A stretch of DNA of 64,000 bases from Halocafeteria seosinensis (lineage: Eukaryota), in the NCBI GenBank assembly GCA_001687465.1, contig LVLI01000084.1, positions 186,001 through 250,000 on the forward strand, in the 5' to 3' direction. Within the stretch, counting starts at the first letter, position 1. Every line of letters starts with the position of its first letter. Shown one piece after another: positions 28,439 to 41,705 of this stretch. A program made the position numbers and the translations under genes. The notes below the pieces were generated by a model. The model was not told the origin of the DNA and did not search any database. It saw only the letters and a program-made list of their open reading frames with translations.

Positions 28439-29800
28439 ATGCCGTCCATCAAAGATCGCATCGCCATGTTCAATAAAGGCGCAGGAGGAGGAGAAAGTGG
28501 AGCGTCTTCCTCATCCAGTGGCGCTACAGCCTCTGGTAACGCAAATACAGGGGCTAGCGGCGATCCTGGGGCCGTCTCAGCTGCAAAGAAGAAGTTCGGC
28601 AAGGTGGCGACTGCACCAAAGGCAGAGGCAACTTCGTCGAACACTGAGACGGCCAAGCAAACAACGGCATCTTCTCATGGCGTATCTGGTGGACATACAT
28701 CAACATCACCCCCGAGTGTACCGAAAGCAACGGAAGCAGCTACCACGACTTCGTCAGGGGTAGCCACCGGCGCACAATCTTCGGACGAGCCCTCTAGGGC
28801 GGTATTGGAAGAGGTGGATGTAACGAAGAAGCCAAGTCCTAAAAAAAGATGGCAGAAGCCATCTCCGAAATCAGAGGAACAGCAAAAGCCTAAGGTGCGT
28901 TCAAGACGACCCCTCTCAAGATTCTCTGCTGAATGCCACCGTATAGGAGCTCTGAATGCAGTTGCAGCCTACTACGAGTACTAGCCCACATAAAACCGAA
29001 CAAACATCGAGTGTCTCTAAGGTATGTGCGGAGAATTAAGTACTACCGTTTTCATGTATCCTATGGAAACAGTGCATTTCTTTCTCAGAACACTAATGAG
29101 ACGACTGCTAGGGAGAAAAGAAAAGAGGATCCAGCTCCTGCTACGCCGAGCAACGAAGATAAAGTGAGTCATGACTATAGTTGCGGTAATGACGGGTAAC
29201 TGAACCACTCTTTGTTGCCCCAGCAGGATAGGAAAGCAGAGGAGGCAGCTGATTCTCCAGGGTCTCCTCCATTGGATACCCATACAACTCCTGCATCTCA
29301 CAGACGAGCTGTTTCTGATATGTCAGCTGTGACGTCCAACTTATCAGGAACTCCGAAGGAAGCTCCTAATTCCAATTCCCCACCAAAGAAGAAAAGCCAC
29401 TCCCGCAGCAAGAGTGGTATAGCGTCAAGAATCCAGCAGCTGGGGAACATCCCCATGGGCCCAGCGTACGTTATGTTGCGCATTAATGTGCATGTTTTTC
29501 ACAATTATTCTTACGGGTATTACATCTGTGCAGCGCGATGATGCCTCCTGGTGGAAGATCAAAGGAGAGCGACAGTGGAGGTGGTGGTGAAGCGGTTCCA
29601 GCAGATACTGGTATGGAGACAATGACAGCGGATACGGGTGGTGAAATATCACATGTAAGTGCAGCTATTTCTTGTTGACAATTGCTAGATGAGGATGTTG
29701 AATTCGGAACATGTGGAAATTTACGCAGGTGAACCGGAATCGCCCTACTATGAAACGACGTGGTTTACAGAAAGGAGGATCTGTGAAGTCCGAGCGTTGA
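28439..29800 (+). CDS. Disordered protein with a C-terminal capping-protein-interaction (CPI)-like motif, 6 exons
   Basis: Exons 28439-28894, 28968-29021, 29089-29163, 29224-29465, 29534-29654 and 29729-29800 join in frame at GT-AG sites. Motifs SIKDRIAMF, IASRIQQL and ISH|VNRNRPTMKRR. Confidence 0.65.
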
Positions 29801-29999
29801 TCACGTTTACCAAGCCCCTGGTGCATTGCATGGATACTGCGTAGTTTAGGCCAGAGTTGATCCACCATTCTCTGTACTCTAATAAGAGGCGATTGGGGGT
29901 GATAGGGGACGTCTATACACAATATACCAGTCATCAATGGCCATCTTCACAAGGTCATAAAAGCTCTGTATCTATCTTGCAGCCCATATTCAGCCCGAT

Positions 30000-31814
30000 A
30001 TGGCTACCGAGAGCCCCTCTTCCTCCTCTCCTTCTTTGCGCAGAAGAAAGAGGGGGAAGAGTACAAGCAAAGCGAGTACTCTTTCTACGCGGGAGGAGCA
30101 TGGGAATGATTCAAACACGGCGCTAACGCAACAAATAGTTACCGGTGGAAGTCTGCTCGTGGTTCTGAATGTCTCCCAGAGGGTTTTGGCGTTCGTGTTC
30201 AACACTTTGCTGGTTCGCCACGTGAGTTTAAGGACGTATGGATGGATCTCGAACGACATGGAATTACTTCATAATCTCATTTTATTCGTGTCGAGGGAAG
30301 CCATCCGTAAAACTGCGTTACGGGAAGACTTGAGACAGGAACCCACCACTTCCCAACGATTCCAGCGCGTCGTCGGTCTGTCGTGGATATCGGTGATACT
30401 GGGGATTGCAGGATCATTAAGTTGGGGCCTACTCTATAGTTTGCCGTACTTTGAAGTGTCACCGACGAGATTAAACGTGATTTGGATATATTGCTTCTCA
30501 GCCGCCTTGGAGTCGTTGGCAGAACCGTTTGTGGTTCTCTCCCATAACTTGGTTATCTATGAATGGCAAGCCCTGGCTGAGATCGCAGGTTCAATCACCC
30601 GGGGATTCTTGACGTATGCATGTTTCGTTTGGCTTGACTGGGGAGAAATGTCCTTTGGTTGTGCTCAATTGATGTATGCTGCTGCTCTTGTGATCGTGTA
30701 TTTCATTTGTTTTGTTGGTGGTCGTGGACGACTGTCAGACATGCTACCCAGAAACTTAAGTTGGAGGTTCGCTTGGAAGGAGTTGAAGGATATCATGGGG
30801 TTTTTCTTATTTCACGGAGTGTTGACATGGGTTCTATCCAACGGAGATAGGATACTTTTGTCCTCGGAATCGTCTTACGAGGACAAGGCAGTATATGCTG
30901 CTGCTGCGAATTACAGTGGGTTAGTTCCTAGAATGATATTCAGTGCAATGGAAGAAATATCTAGAAACATGTTCACCAAAATGCACTCTCAAGTTACAGA
31001 AGCGAAAGGAGAAAAACAGAAGAGAGCGAGGTCACAGGAGCTTTACACAACGTTCGGGAGGTCATTGCGATTAATGTCGATCGTAGGGCTTTTGTTTGCG
31101 ACGTTTGGGCCCCCATATACTCATGTCCTTACGCGATTTCTTCTAGGTCCTCGATGGGCAAACGAAACTAATTTCCCTATGCTTTTAGGTGCGTTTTGCG
31201 CCTACATGACAGTAATGTCAGTCAATGGAATCGCGGAAGCATTCAACACCGCCATTGGAAACCGCCAAGAGGTCAAACATTTCACGTTGCGACTGCTTTT
31301 CCTGTTAGTTCCGTATCTGGCGTGTCACTATTGGTTTTTGCAGCACTATGGCTCTCTGGGTCTGGTCTTAGCTATGTCTCTGCAACTCTTTGTTCGAAGT
31401 CTTTGGGCGATGAAAATGGCATACTTCTGGTTTGTGGAGAAGAGCGTCGCCATGGAGGCCTCTAGCCTGTTGCCGTCGCTCCATCTGGTTGTTGTTTTCG
31501 CTGTTTCGTTCGTCATGTGTAGTATCTCTGCACTATTTACTTATCGTGATTCAACTGTATCACTGTTTGTTCCAGGACAGAGCATTGCTCGTACTCTTCT
31601 GGACCAGGTCCCGACTGACATTTATGCAGATGTTTCCACTACAGCCTTATTGCGTCACTTGATAGTGGGCGTTGTTTGTTCAGTGGCTGTTCTTCTTGTT
31701 TTCACTTATCATGAGAAAGAGCTGGCCGCACAAATATGGGACCTGCTGCAACGTAAGCTACAAACACTCCGACAAAAAACCTATGCGATAATTGGAAAGG
31801 GTAGAAACATCTAA
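30000..31814 (+). CDS. RFT1: Man5GlcNAc2-PP-dolichol translocation protein RFT1, intronless
   Basis: ELLHNLILFVSREAIRKT, LESLAEP, NYSGLVPRMIFSAMEEISR and MSVNGIAEAF, with multiple TM segments. Confidence 0.92.
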   Translation: MATESPSSSSPSLRRRKRGKSTSKASTLSTREEHGNDSNTALTQQIVTGGSLLVVLNVSQRVLAFVFNTLLVRHVSLRTYGWISNDMELLHNLILFVSREAIRKTALREDLRQEPTTSQRFQRVVGLSWISVILGIAGSLSWGLLYSLPYFEVSPTRLNVIWIYCFSAALESLAEPFVVLSHNLVIYEWQALAEIAGSITRGFLTYACFVWLDWGEMSFGCAQLMYAAALVIVYFICFVGGRGRLSDMLPRNLSWRFAWKELKDIMGFFLFHGVLTWVLSNGDRILLSSESSYEDKAVYAAAANYSGLVPRMIFSAMEEISRNMFTKMHSQVTEAKGEKQKRARSQELYTTFGRSLRLMSIVGLLFATFGPPYTHVLTRFLLGPRWANETNFPMLLGAFCAYMTVMSVNGIAEAFNTAIGNRQEVKHFTLRLLFLLVPYLACHYWFLQHYGSLGLVLAMSLQLFVRSLWAMKMAYFWFVEKSVAMEASSLLPSLHLVVVFAVSFVMCSISALFTYRDSTVSLFVPGQSIARTLLDQVPTDIYADVSTTALLRHLIVGVVCSVAVLLVFTYHEKELAAQIWDLLQRKLQTLRQKTYAIIGKGRNI

Positions 31815-31882
31815 AGTGTCTTTCGAATGGAGGAACTGTCCATTGATGGAACAAAAACGGGAGACGAGAACGCTTTGGATCA

Positions 31883-34302
31883 TTATCGCAGACGACTGGC
31901 ATAACTTCCACCACCTTGCCTACCGCTACCAAACTTGCTTCCTTGCTGATACGATCCCTGTGGCCTTCGAGAAGAGGACACTCTCACCGCGCTGATCCTC
32001 GCTGACGGTTGCACCTTGGCGAGTTTCTTTTCGCGCTCTTCTTCGAGTGCTTCATTTGCTTTTTCTTTAATTGATGCAAATTCTAGCACAGAATGAGCAA
32101 ACATCTGAGCGGCATCCCCACTCTTTTTACTCTCTTCTACTTGAACCATATCACCCGACACAAAGAAGTGTATCAAGTCGCTAGAGGCAAAAGGGAAGCA
32201 AGAGCGTCCAGAAAACGATTGTACTTTCGTCACCTCCGTCGGCGACCCATGCGAGGACATCTGCGATGCGTTATTGTTTTCTCCCTCATTGACGGCTGCG
32301 ATTCCTTGACGCTGCCAGGACTTAATTTTCAACCCCAACAGTAGCTGAGGGATGTCCGCTTGCGGCAACCCCAAAAACGTTGACAGCTTCGCTGTATCAA
32401 TCGAGGTATACAATCGCATGTATGACCTGATGTGTGGAAGCGCAACTGCCCTCGAGAGGGTTTCTTCCCGTAAGACGGCAATTTGACGGCGGGTAAGTGC
32501 TCTAATATCGGCAGGCTTACCAACGCTAACGACGGGTACTATGTATCCAGGTGAAGCATTCGTGAAAGCATCTGTAATGACCTCCAATGCCGGCGCTAGA
32601 GTGTTCCTTACTTCGTCCGAGACATCCGTTAAACTTTCGTGATAAACTTTCTGTTTTTCTTCTTCTGTTGCATCGGGTTCCGGGAAAATCCTCGCTGCCT
32701 TGGCAATCACCGAGTGCGGTAACGGCATGCTGGCAGCATTGGCAATTTTCGCCATTGCTTCCCCATGCCTATCTACGACAGTCCTCGCCACAACCTCCTC
32801 AACACCTGGAAGAAGCGACAGGCTCCTGGCATCCACACCCCTTGTTCCGGAATAACCAGCGAGAGCAAGAGGGATTGACAATAGGGTATACATCTTATCC
32901 ATTTGACGACGTGTGAACTTCGTGATTCGGCTATCGTTCTTGTCGTCCTTGGATCGTAGGGTGCTCGTTCGTTCGAAAAATAACAAAACACGGGAAAACA
33001 GAGCCGCAGCGTCAGCATGCCGACCAGCCATCAACAATGAAAAACCATAGTAGTAGCAGAGCGTACTATGAGCTTTCGGTACTCTCGCAAAGAAAGATTC
33101 TGCTGTTAAATCGATGTACGACGCGCATTCCAATGCTGATCCGTAATCTCCTAGCTTCGTATGGAGACGTAACAATACAATGAGAGAAAAGTAACCAGCC
33201 AATTCCGTAAACGACTGTGGGACGTAAGCTCCTTGATATAAAGAGGTCTTTCCAAAAATGGATTTCGGTACTTCAGGGGCAGTTTGGCTTATGTTAGCCA
33301 TACGACTAGTTGCAGCAGCACGCTTGGACTGATGGGTGCTCAGCTTTTCCCGTACACCTGTCTCGGCTACAATGCGGTATAAATATCGTAAGACTTCTTC
33401 AGTCCTCCAAACCTCTCCGAGATCTTCTTCATCCAGGTCCATTTCGACCCGTCCTCCGACAGCAGCGCTCCGTTTTGGTGCGTCCGCATCTTCATCCACA
33501 CTTTCACCTTCTTCGCCTTCCTCGGCTTCCGTCTCGTTAGCGAGCGCGTTGGCGTGTTCATTACGGCGCTCATGGAAACATTGAAAATGATACAGAAACT
33601 CATCCAATAAATCGTATATCCACGTGGGCGGTAATGGCAAAGTATGTGCCTGCAGCATCGAATCGTCAGCGCGTCGATTTGCACTGGGCTGCTCTTTCTG
33701 GGCTGTCTTCGCCGCCGTCAAGATCAAGTCAAAGAATTCCCTGTACGCATCCCAAGCATCCGAGAACTCCGACATCCGCGCTGGTCTTTCCTTGGTAGGT
33801 ATTTGCATAAGCAAATGGCGGAAGTAGAGCAACTTATATAGCGTCAGGAAAGTCTGGTCATCGCGCACCAAATGAGAGATCTCTTCGAATTCGGGCCAGG
33901 GTGACTCACTAAAGTATTTCTTGGAGAGGTCTTTCCAAACAACTTCGTACGCATTAGACACTTCTGCACAGCCACAAAGAATGAAATATGGTCAATAATG
34001 TGCCCATAAGGTGGCATACAGCATGATATGGAGCACCCTCTTTGTTATTCTAAATGCCCCTTGGTTGTCCCTCTAAGGGAACCCCTACAGTGGTCCCTTT
34101 TCTATCGCTATTAAGACGTACCATGCTGTCGTCCAAGGCATAATGCGCTATATAAATCTTTAACAAAGTCCCTCACGGGAGAGAGGAGACTATCTTGGCC
34201 TGCATCGTCTGCATCAGAGCCAAAATCACGCGTTCGAGCAAACTCGTTGGCCACGGCCGTGAAGCGATTTTCCTCGACCGTATCGTTGTTGAATCGATTC
34301 AT
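31883..34302 (-). CDS. EIF3L: Eukaryotic translation initiation factor 3 subunit L, 2 exons (intron 34121-33964)
   Basis: FLTLYKLLYFRH, LPPTWIYDLLDEFLYHFQCF, GYFSLIVLLRLHTKLGDY, YYYGFSLLM and IRSYMRLYTSI. Confidence 0.92.
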
Positions 34303-34788
34303 TGTCTCCAGTATCGTATACTACAAACAAAAATACACTAAATAAACTTGCTCCTGTCAGGATACGCCAACAATACTGGACGTAAAAAGCTGATAAAAGA
34401 GGGCTGACACTTCACCTCATTTGAAATCACAACCTGAGGTGGTCATTCACAAGTCTTATTTTGGCAGGATTGATACCTTGTTCAGGTGCCACCAGCTGGT
34501 CAAGAAGGAACATTATCCATTAGCCCTTCTACTCGGAGTGAGAAATAGTACGTCCTCGATGTGTAAAGACTGTAAACCAAGGGGTATAGTGTGGTCCTTG
34601 GACCCCGATTGAGACTCCATGTCCCAAGGGGATTTCTCTGGGGGAGAGACAAGGGGGAAAACGAACGACAAAAAGCGTGGTGGTGTTCAACCACTCCCCC
34701 TGAGGGGGATTTTGCATTCAGACGCTGTTTTACAACGATTCACGTTGCCTGTTTCGGTTGCAGACACCGCAGTACTCTGGAGTAAACA
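34303..34788. promoter_or_regulatory. Putative bidirectional promoter between eIF3l and eIF3c
   Basis: 486-bp gap between divergent start codons; contains CCAAGGGG at 34577 and 34624 and further G/C runs. Confidence 0.55.
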
Positions 34789-37700
34789 ATGTCGTCTACG
34801 AATAAGGAAGCCGCGGACTCCCGTCGGTTCTGGAAGAAGGAGGAAAGCGATGATGAAGAGGGCAGTGGGTCCTCTTCCTCTAATTCTTCATCTGATGATA
34901 GCGATGATAGCGATAAAAGTGGCTCTCAGAAAGCCAAGCCAGCCGCCACAGCACAAGCGAGAGGCCCTAAGCAAACTCGCTTCGAGTTTGAATCGGACAG
35001 TGACAGTGATGACAACAGAAAGCGTATCGCCAAGTCTGAACAGGAGCGAAAATGGGATAAGCTGAGAACTTTTGTACATGATATTCGCAATGCCAAGAAA
35101 ATCAATGATTGGTCCAAGATCCAAGAGAGTACGTGTTTTGGAATCGCCCCAATTCCTTATACTTAAGTGTCCACTTTACTTTTTCTGCGTGTGTGACCCA
35201 ACCCCAGGCTTCAATAAACTCACCCAAGAGTTTGACAAGAGTTGGAACGTGTTGCGTCAACATGTAAGCATTGATGTGAATTACATTGGCCAATCGATAT
35301 TCGGATCACAGCGTTTGTTTTGACCCGTGCTTACCACAGGGTGGAACCCCGAGATTCTACGTCAAGGCATTGGCCGAACTCGAAACAGCGATAAAACAAT
35401 TGAGCAAGGAAGACACGAAGAAGATGTCCAGAAAAAATGCTACGGGGTATGTCTGACGTTGTCGAAAGAAGGTACTTAACATGAGTCAAGTATATTAATT
35501 CCTCGTTTACAGATTTAATCGAACCAAACAAGACCTCAAGAAGTACAACGAAAAATTCCGCCAACACATTGACGAGTATTTAGCTAATCCTGATGAAGAG
35601 GAATCGGAAGCGTCGGAAGAAGATGCCGCCGAAAGCGACTCTGCGAGCAGCTCTTCCTCGGAGGAGATTGTAGTGAATAAAGCAGGCCCTCAAGCTAAAC
35701 AGCGCGAAGAATCCTCCTCGAGCGAGTGGTCGGATGACGATGAATCTGTTAGCTCAGACGAAAGTTCAGATGACGAACGAAATCGTTTGACAGGGCGCGC
35801 CCGATGGGTTAAACGGACTGAAGAAAAACAACCCGCGAAAGAGGACAAAAAGGACGAAAGGAAGCGCAAGAAACCTCACAAGGAGAAGAAGGAAAGCGCT
35901 AAGGATAGTGGCGCTGAGCCTGAAACAACCCAAATATTGAGTCCCGTCGAAGCAGCACTTAAAAAGCTATGTACGGAAAAGCTTTCGCCAGAACTTGTTG
36001 GATCCAAGATTCAACAAATGCTGGCGACGTGGGGCAAACGCGATGCCGATAGAAATGTGACCATTTCTTCTCTAGAATATTTGACCGTAAAATCATTAGA
36101 GTTTGGTGATTACGGAGAGTATGCGATTCCTGTTATCTTTCAGCTTGCCAGAGCCCGCTTGGATGCGGCTACACGAACTATAGACAGTGTACTGCCTGTT
36201 GCTGTATGGCGACAAGTATTGCATGAGCTGTGGACTGCCGTAGACATTCTCAACAGTGATGTCGGCAAGAAGAACAATTTCAAGATAAGCAGTGTCACAC
36301 AGGAAGATGTGGCCGAGGCTGTCGCGAAAAACAGAGACAAAACCTCCGAAGATCATGCTGCATACCTGAAAAGCACAATCACCACCGACAGTCCTGTCCA
36401 AAATCAACAAAATGAAGCCACTCAAGATGGCCCAGTAAACCAGGAGGAAGCAAATGTCAAGAAGTTGGTCGAAAAGTCGGAGGATGGGACAACTAACATA
36501 CGAGTGATTGGCAGCTTGATGGTGTTCCTTCAACGGCTCAGTGAGGAATTCATGAAGAGTCTTCAGAGCATTGATCCTCATACAATTGAGTACGTGCAAC
36601 GCATTCCGGACGAACAGTGGCTAATCGAGCTAGCTGAGCGGATAAAGGAGTATTATTCGCGTGTTGGATCTTATGAATTGGCTGCTGAAACCGCTCATTT
36701 GATACTGGAGCATAGTTACTACCGCCACAACGATATAGCTGAGGGTATGCGTCGTGTGCAGAAGCAACTGGAAGAGCGAGTCCGAGAACAATATAAAGAA
36801 TCTGCGAGGAAAAGAGCTGAGTACTTGGAGGCTGGAAACGTGAATGCAGAAGATGCTCCGAAAGTCGATGAAGTAAAGCCGGACGAAAACAAGAGCGTTC
36901 CTCGACGAAACGAAGATAAGGTTATTCTTGAGCTTGCACAGTTTGTGTACGCTTACGGTGATGACCGGCAAAGAACTCGTACATGCCTTTGTCAAGTGTT
37001 TTATGATGCTCTGCATGACCGATTCTTTGACGCACGGGATATGCTACTAATGAGCAAGCTCCAAGAAACGATTGACAAGGCAGATGCATCGACGCAAATA
37101 TTGTTCAATCGTGTAATGGCTCAACTGGGAGCGTGCGCCTTCCGGAATGGTCTGATCAAGGAAGCGCATGCATGTCTACAGGATCTTTGTAGTACTGGAC
37201 GCACAAAGGAGCTGCTTGCTCAGGGTGTTGGGCGGCAGGATAATCGACAGCCAAACGTCAACAGAAATGAGAAGGCCGAAAAGAGGAGAATGATGCCATA
37301 TCATATGCATATCCACGCTGATCTTTTAGAAGCTTGCCACTTGACGTCAGCTATGTTATTAGAGGTGCCCAATATGGCGGCTGCCGAGAGTGCTGCCCAG
37401 GGACTGAATGGACACAATCCCAGGGTGATTAGCAGGTCTTACAGAAGACTACTAGATCAGATGGATAGGAAAACATTTATCGGTCCGCCAGAGACGATCC
37501 GAGATACTGTGATGTGTGCTGGAATGGCTTTAGCACGCGGTGACTGGAAACAGTGTGAAAATTTAGTGTTGGGAATGCGCACGTGGCATCTATGGGCTCA
37601 TCGAGGATACGAAAAGGTGCATTCGTTACTCAAGCAGCATATTCGAGAGGCAGCACTGGTTACTTTTATGCACACGTTTGCCGGTTACTATGATTCACTG

Positions 37701-38159
37701 AGTCATGAGCGACTGTCTCACATGTTCGACCTTGACATGAACACTGTTCACAGTTCCTTATCGAAAATGATGATTAATGATGAACTCCCTGCTGCATGGG
37801 ATCAACCAACTGCAACTGTTGTTATGCATCGACTGAAAACTACTCCCCTTCAAGCTCTGGCTCTTGAGTATGCTGGTAAGGTTGCATACTTCGTTGAGAG
37901 TAATGAGGACGCCCTTGCTGCTAGGCAAGGTGTTCCACGCGAGGGCAGGAACGACGGAAGAGGCAAAGGTGGCCGCGCTTGGATGGGCAAGCGGTTTGAC
38001 CCACGATCTCAAGGGAACACTGGTACATCATACTTCCGAGCCGGAAGAGGCCGAGGTGGGGGCCGTGGTGGCTCTGGCAATCGAGGTGGTCGCGGGGGAA
38101 ACAGAGAGTCTCGGCGCGGTGGTAGGAGGCAACGGCTCAATGCCTATAGGCGTCGGTAA
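34789..38159 (+). CDS. EIF3C: Eukaryotic translation initiation factor 3 subunit C, 4 exons
   Basis: SRRFW, INDWSKI, LQSIDPHTIEY, ARDMLLMS, QILFNRVMAQLGACAFR, MPYHMHI and FIGPPE, then a PCI domain and an RGG tail. Confidence 0.96.
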
Positions 38160-38248
38160 CGTCTAGAAGAGGAAGTTTCCATAAATACTACAAGAGAACT
38201 TTCCATAAATACGCATCATGGTTCATGATTTTAGCAGACGTTGCGCCC

Positions 38249-41042
38249 TCAAAAAGAATATAGGTCCTCTTCCTTACTCTCCTTCGTTTCATTCATTTGC
38301 ATGGATGTCCTAACGTGAAACGCTGTAATATCCCGCCGAATATCCTTCGCAAGAACAATGTCATCAGGGCTTATCAATACTCCTGTCAGGGGACATTCAC
38401 CTCGGCTTCCACCTCCAACCATCCTGGAACCTCGGTGTTGATGCTTTATCCATGATTTGAGAGAGCTCAAGTCATAAAGCGGCCACAGGTAACGATAATT
38501 TCCATTTGACATAACAACAGGACTCTTCTGTAATTCTGCAGTGCCGGGATCATTCCTGAACTCTTCTATATCTGTATAGTTCTCTCCCTTGCGGAACATA
38601 CGTTCATGCTCAGGATTTATCTCAATGATGTCCGAAACGTCAAAACCGTAGAATACTTTCAGAGCAGCAGCCCTTTTTGAACTAACATCGTCGTTCATTG
38701 GCCTCGTCACAGGTTCGTTCATCAAGCTTCCACTTATGCTACAGAGAAACTCTGGAGGAACGGATCCTTCCTCTTCGCGCTCTTCTCGTCCAGAACGGGT
38801 TTTATTGATACCTTTGGCCTTCATTTCACGTTCCTTCCGGGCGACTTCTCTTGCATTGTACTTCTTCTGACCTCTATTCTGTTGAACATTCGAGGGGTCA
38901 TCGCTGCGTGTATAGGCTCCTTTTGGATCTGGAGGCGGCAAATCAACCACTGAATAGGATGGTGCTTGTACTTCCGGGAGCTCCTTGGTCCTTCTCTCCT
39001 GTCGATTCTCCTGGGAGGGCTTTGTTCCTCGTGTTCTGAGAGAGGAAACCTCTTTGGTTTTCGCTTTGGATGTGTGTGGGGGGTGAGATTTATCTTGCTT
39101 CTCCAGCGACTGTAGGGAACTCGAACTTTCTTCTTCTTTAGAAACCTCAGCTTCTTGAGCAGGCTCTACGTATTCGATCGATTCTTCCATATCTAGCAAC
39201 TCGTCCACAATATCGGTCAGCCTTCTGAAGGTAACGTTCGATTGTTCAATTGGCACCCACCGAAGCCACGACAACCCTGCAGACGAATTGGAATTGTGTT
39301 TCCTAGGATCGAGCGAACTGGTCGGACTACCGCAGGCTATAGCGGAGATTAGCTTTAAAGTCGAGAGCGACATGCGCTTCAGCGCAATCTTCCAGGATTC
39401 CGTGACTGTTTCAGGATACAGTTCCTCTCCAAGTTCTCCAATAAACTTCGACACCTCTTTCGATGAAGACCGCAAGGCGATGGGGGTCCCACTAGCTTGA
39501 GTACCTGTAGCCACGCTCTTTCCATTCTCAGAATTCTCTTTCTCGTAGTGCTCCAGCAGAGTTGGATTCGCCTCCTCGGATGGCGGCAAAGGAGCGCACG
39601 CATCCAGGTTGCAGCAAAGGGCAAAAAGAAGGCAGATCAAAGGAAGGGAAGTATTCTCATCCAAATATGATAGAAGGGAAACCGGATAGTGCCGAGAGAT
39701 CTTCAGCCGCCGTAATGGCTGACAATAAGTTACCATCACAAGCGTTACCAAGGTGTTCCCCAGACCAGCTGCCACAAATGGAAGTTCATCTGTTGATGAG
39801 CCCTCATGTCGAATGATGTTCTGACCGATTCTCAAGTAAGGTAGGCACAAATAGTCAACCAAGTTCCCTGTTGCGAGAAGGGCTTGTCGATACCACTCCA
39901 TGGATATCCCTCTTCCAGAGCTTCCCATCCTCGAGTCTCCCACAAAATTGTAAAGTGAATGTATGAATTTATTCAAGGAAATTACACCTTTTGAAAGTGT
40001 TCTGAGGCCCTTAATGTTGTGAGCGTCTGGCGAACTTGTTTGCGAATTCTCCCAATTCTTCAGGTGCCGATTCAGCGTAGCACTGATACTTTCCAAAGCG
40101 GGAGGTCGACCACCAAGTAGCTGAAATTGTAGAACATCAACCTTTTTCAAGAACTTCTCAATACTAATACCAACTCCCTCTTCATCCATCTGCTCATTTG
40201 AAAAGTATGTGTCGGGAGTAGCCAACTCCTTCATGATCGAGGCGACGTTCACTGGGATGGCAGGTTCGTAGGTTATAACTTTGCTAGTGCTGGCGGCAAC
40301 AGTAACAGCCAAGTCAATATCTCCATCAAACCATTCCAAAAGTTCACTAGCCTGTATAACACCGCCTTATACGGTATAGTCTTGCTGTCAGAGTTTAGGG
40401 TTACAAGTTTGCACTTACTTTCAAGTTGTATTCACACAGGCGAATCAGTAAGACCAATACAAGCTGATGGAACGACCCCAAAAGCGTTCCATACTCCGCT
40501 CGACCTTGTTCCTTACTCTTGAGAGTTCTTTCAAACCTGCATTCCCCGTGGAAAACAAAACAGCATTCGTGCCTTGGGCGTTCAAGGTGCGAGACCCCAG
40601 TTGAATCAAGTTAGATGCTTGCTTGCTTGCTTACGCTTCATCCAGTCTCTGTACAACGTCCATGAGTACCGGCGAGTACTCGGGCGCCTTGGCCAAGTTT
40701 GCCAGACAGGTGAGTGCAGCGATTTTGGCTTTATTCCCGAAGTGTTCCACATCGACTTCCTCGTCCTCATCCCCCGGGGGTTCGTGGTTCAATGTGTTCG
40801 TCTGTCGCAAACCAGAAAACACGCGGCTCAGATATAGAGAGCAAAGGCTTGAATTGAATTTTTGGTTGACCACATACCAAGCTCAAGAGTACTGAGTGCG
40901 CCGCAGCATGGTCAGAGAAAAACGCATCGGGAGCATCAGCACAGCTGGAGAGCTGCTTGAGAACTCTGAGAGGAAGACATGGCGCTTCGTCCTGCACTTG
41001 TTTCGCAGCACGCTGGACAGAGTCAGCAGTCCCTGTCGACAT
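38249..41042 (-). CDS. Helical protein with a C-terminal U-box-like domain interrupted by an insertion, multi-exon (5' exon boundaries approximate)
   Basis: VPPEFLCSISGSLMNEPV ... YDLSSLKSWI ... CPLTG ... IRRDITAF; the upstream short ORFs are linked by GT-AG introns. Confidence 0.65.
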
Positions 41043-41705
41043 TTTCGAAAGAAAAAATGCCCGTGGGAAAAGAAAAGCGAGTCAAAATAGACTACACCGC
41101 GCCGGATCGAAACATTTGGGAAACAGACACAATTGACGTTATTATGTCAAGTGACCTTGACAAGTTCACAAAGCAGCAGTCCTCGGAAATTGCTGTTATT
41201 CGTGGGGCGGTGATTATGATAAATGAATAGAAGTTTCCTGAAATCACTCTATATTCATATATTTATTTAAATTATAAGCTTGGGGTGAACAGCTTCGTTC
41301 CAACGAAACCCTGGTCACCAATTCGACATTTTTCCCATGCAAATGTCTTCCTTTCAATCACAACCAAATGCATGGCCATTGGTAGTAAACAAAACATGCA
41401 GTCAGGGTGAATTCAATCACCCTGTTTTCGTTCCCTTATACTACTGTGTCTCGCTTAACTGCGGACATGGACGGATTCGGGGAAACATAATATATGCAAG
41501 CCTCCGTTTGGAGACATCCGGAAATACTTTACCTAATCAATGAGCGCCTTATTGGAACGCATGGGCGAACTTAGAGAAGCCACCTCCTTGGGACTGTACC
41601 ATGGATTGGAGGCTCTTAATTAAATTACATCTCTTCTCCTTGAGACCAACTTATCGGAACTATAACATCCATGCAATACGCCAACATTTTCTTACTGCCA
41701 TAGTC

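Noticed and set aside
38176..38212. 13-bp direct repeat TTTCCATAAATAC between the eIF3c and U-box stops
   Set aside because: The repeat is real but too short to assign a function; probably a small local duplication.
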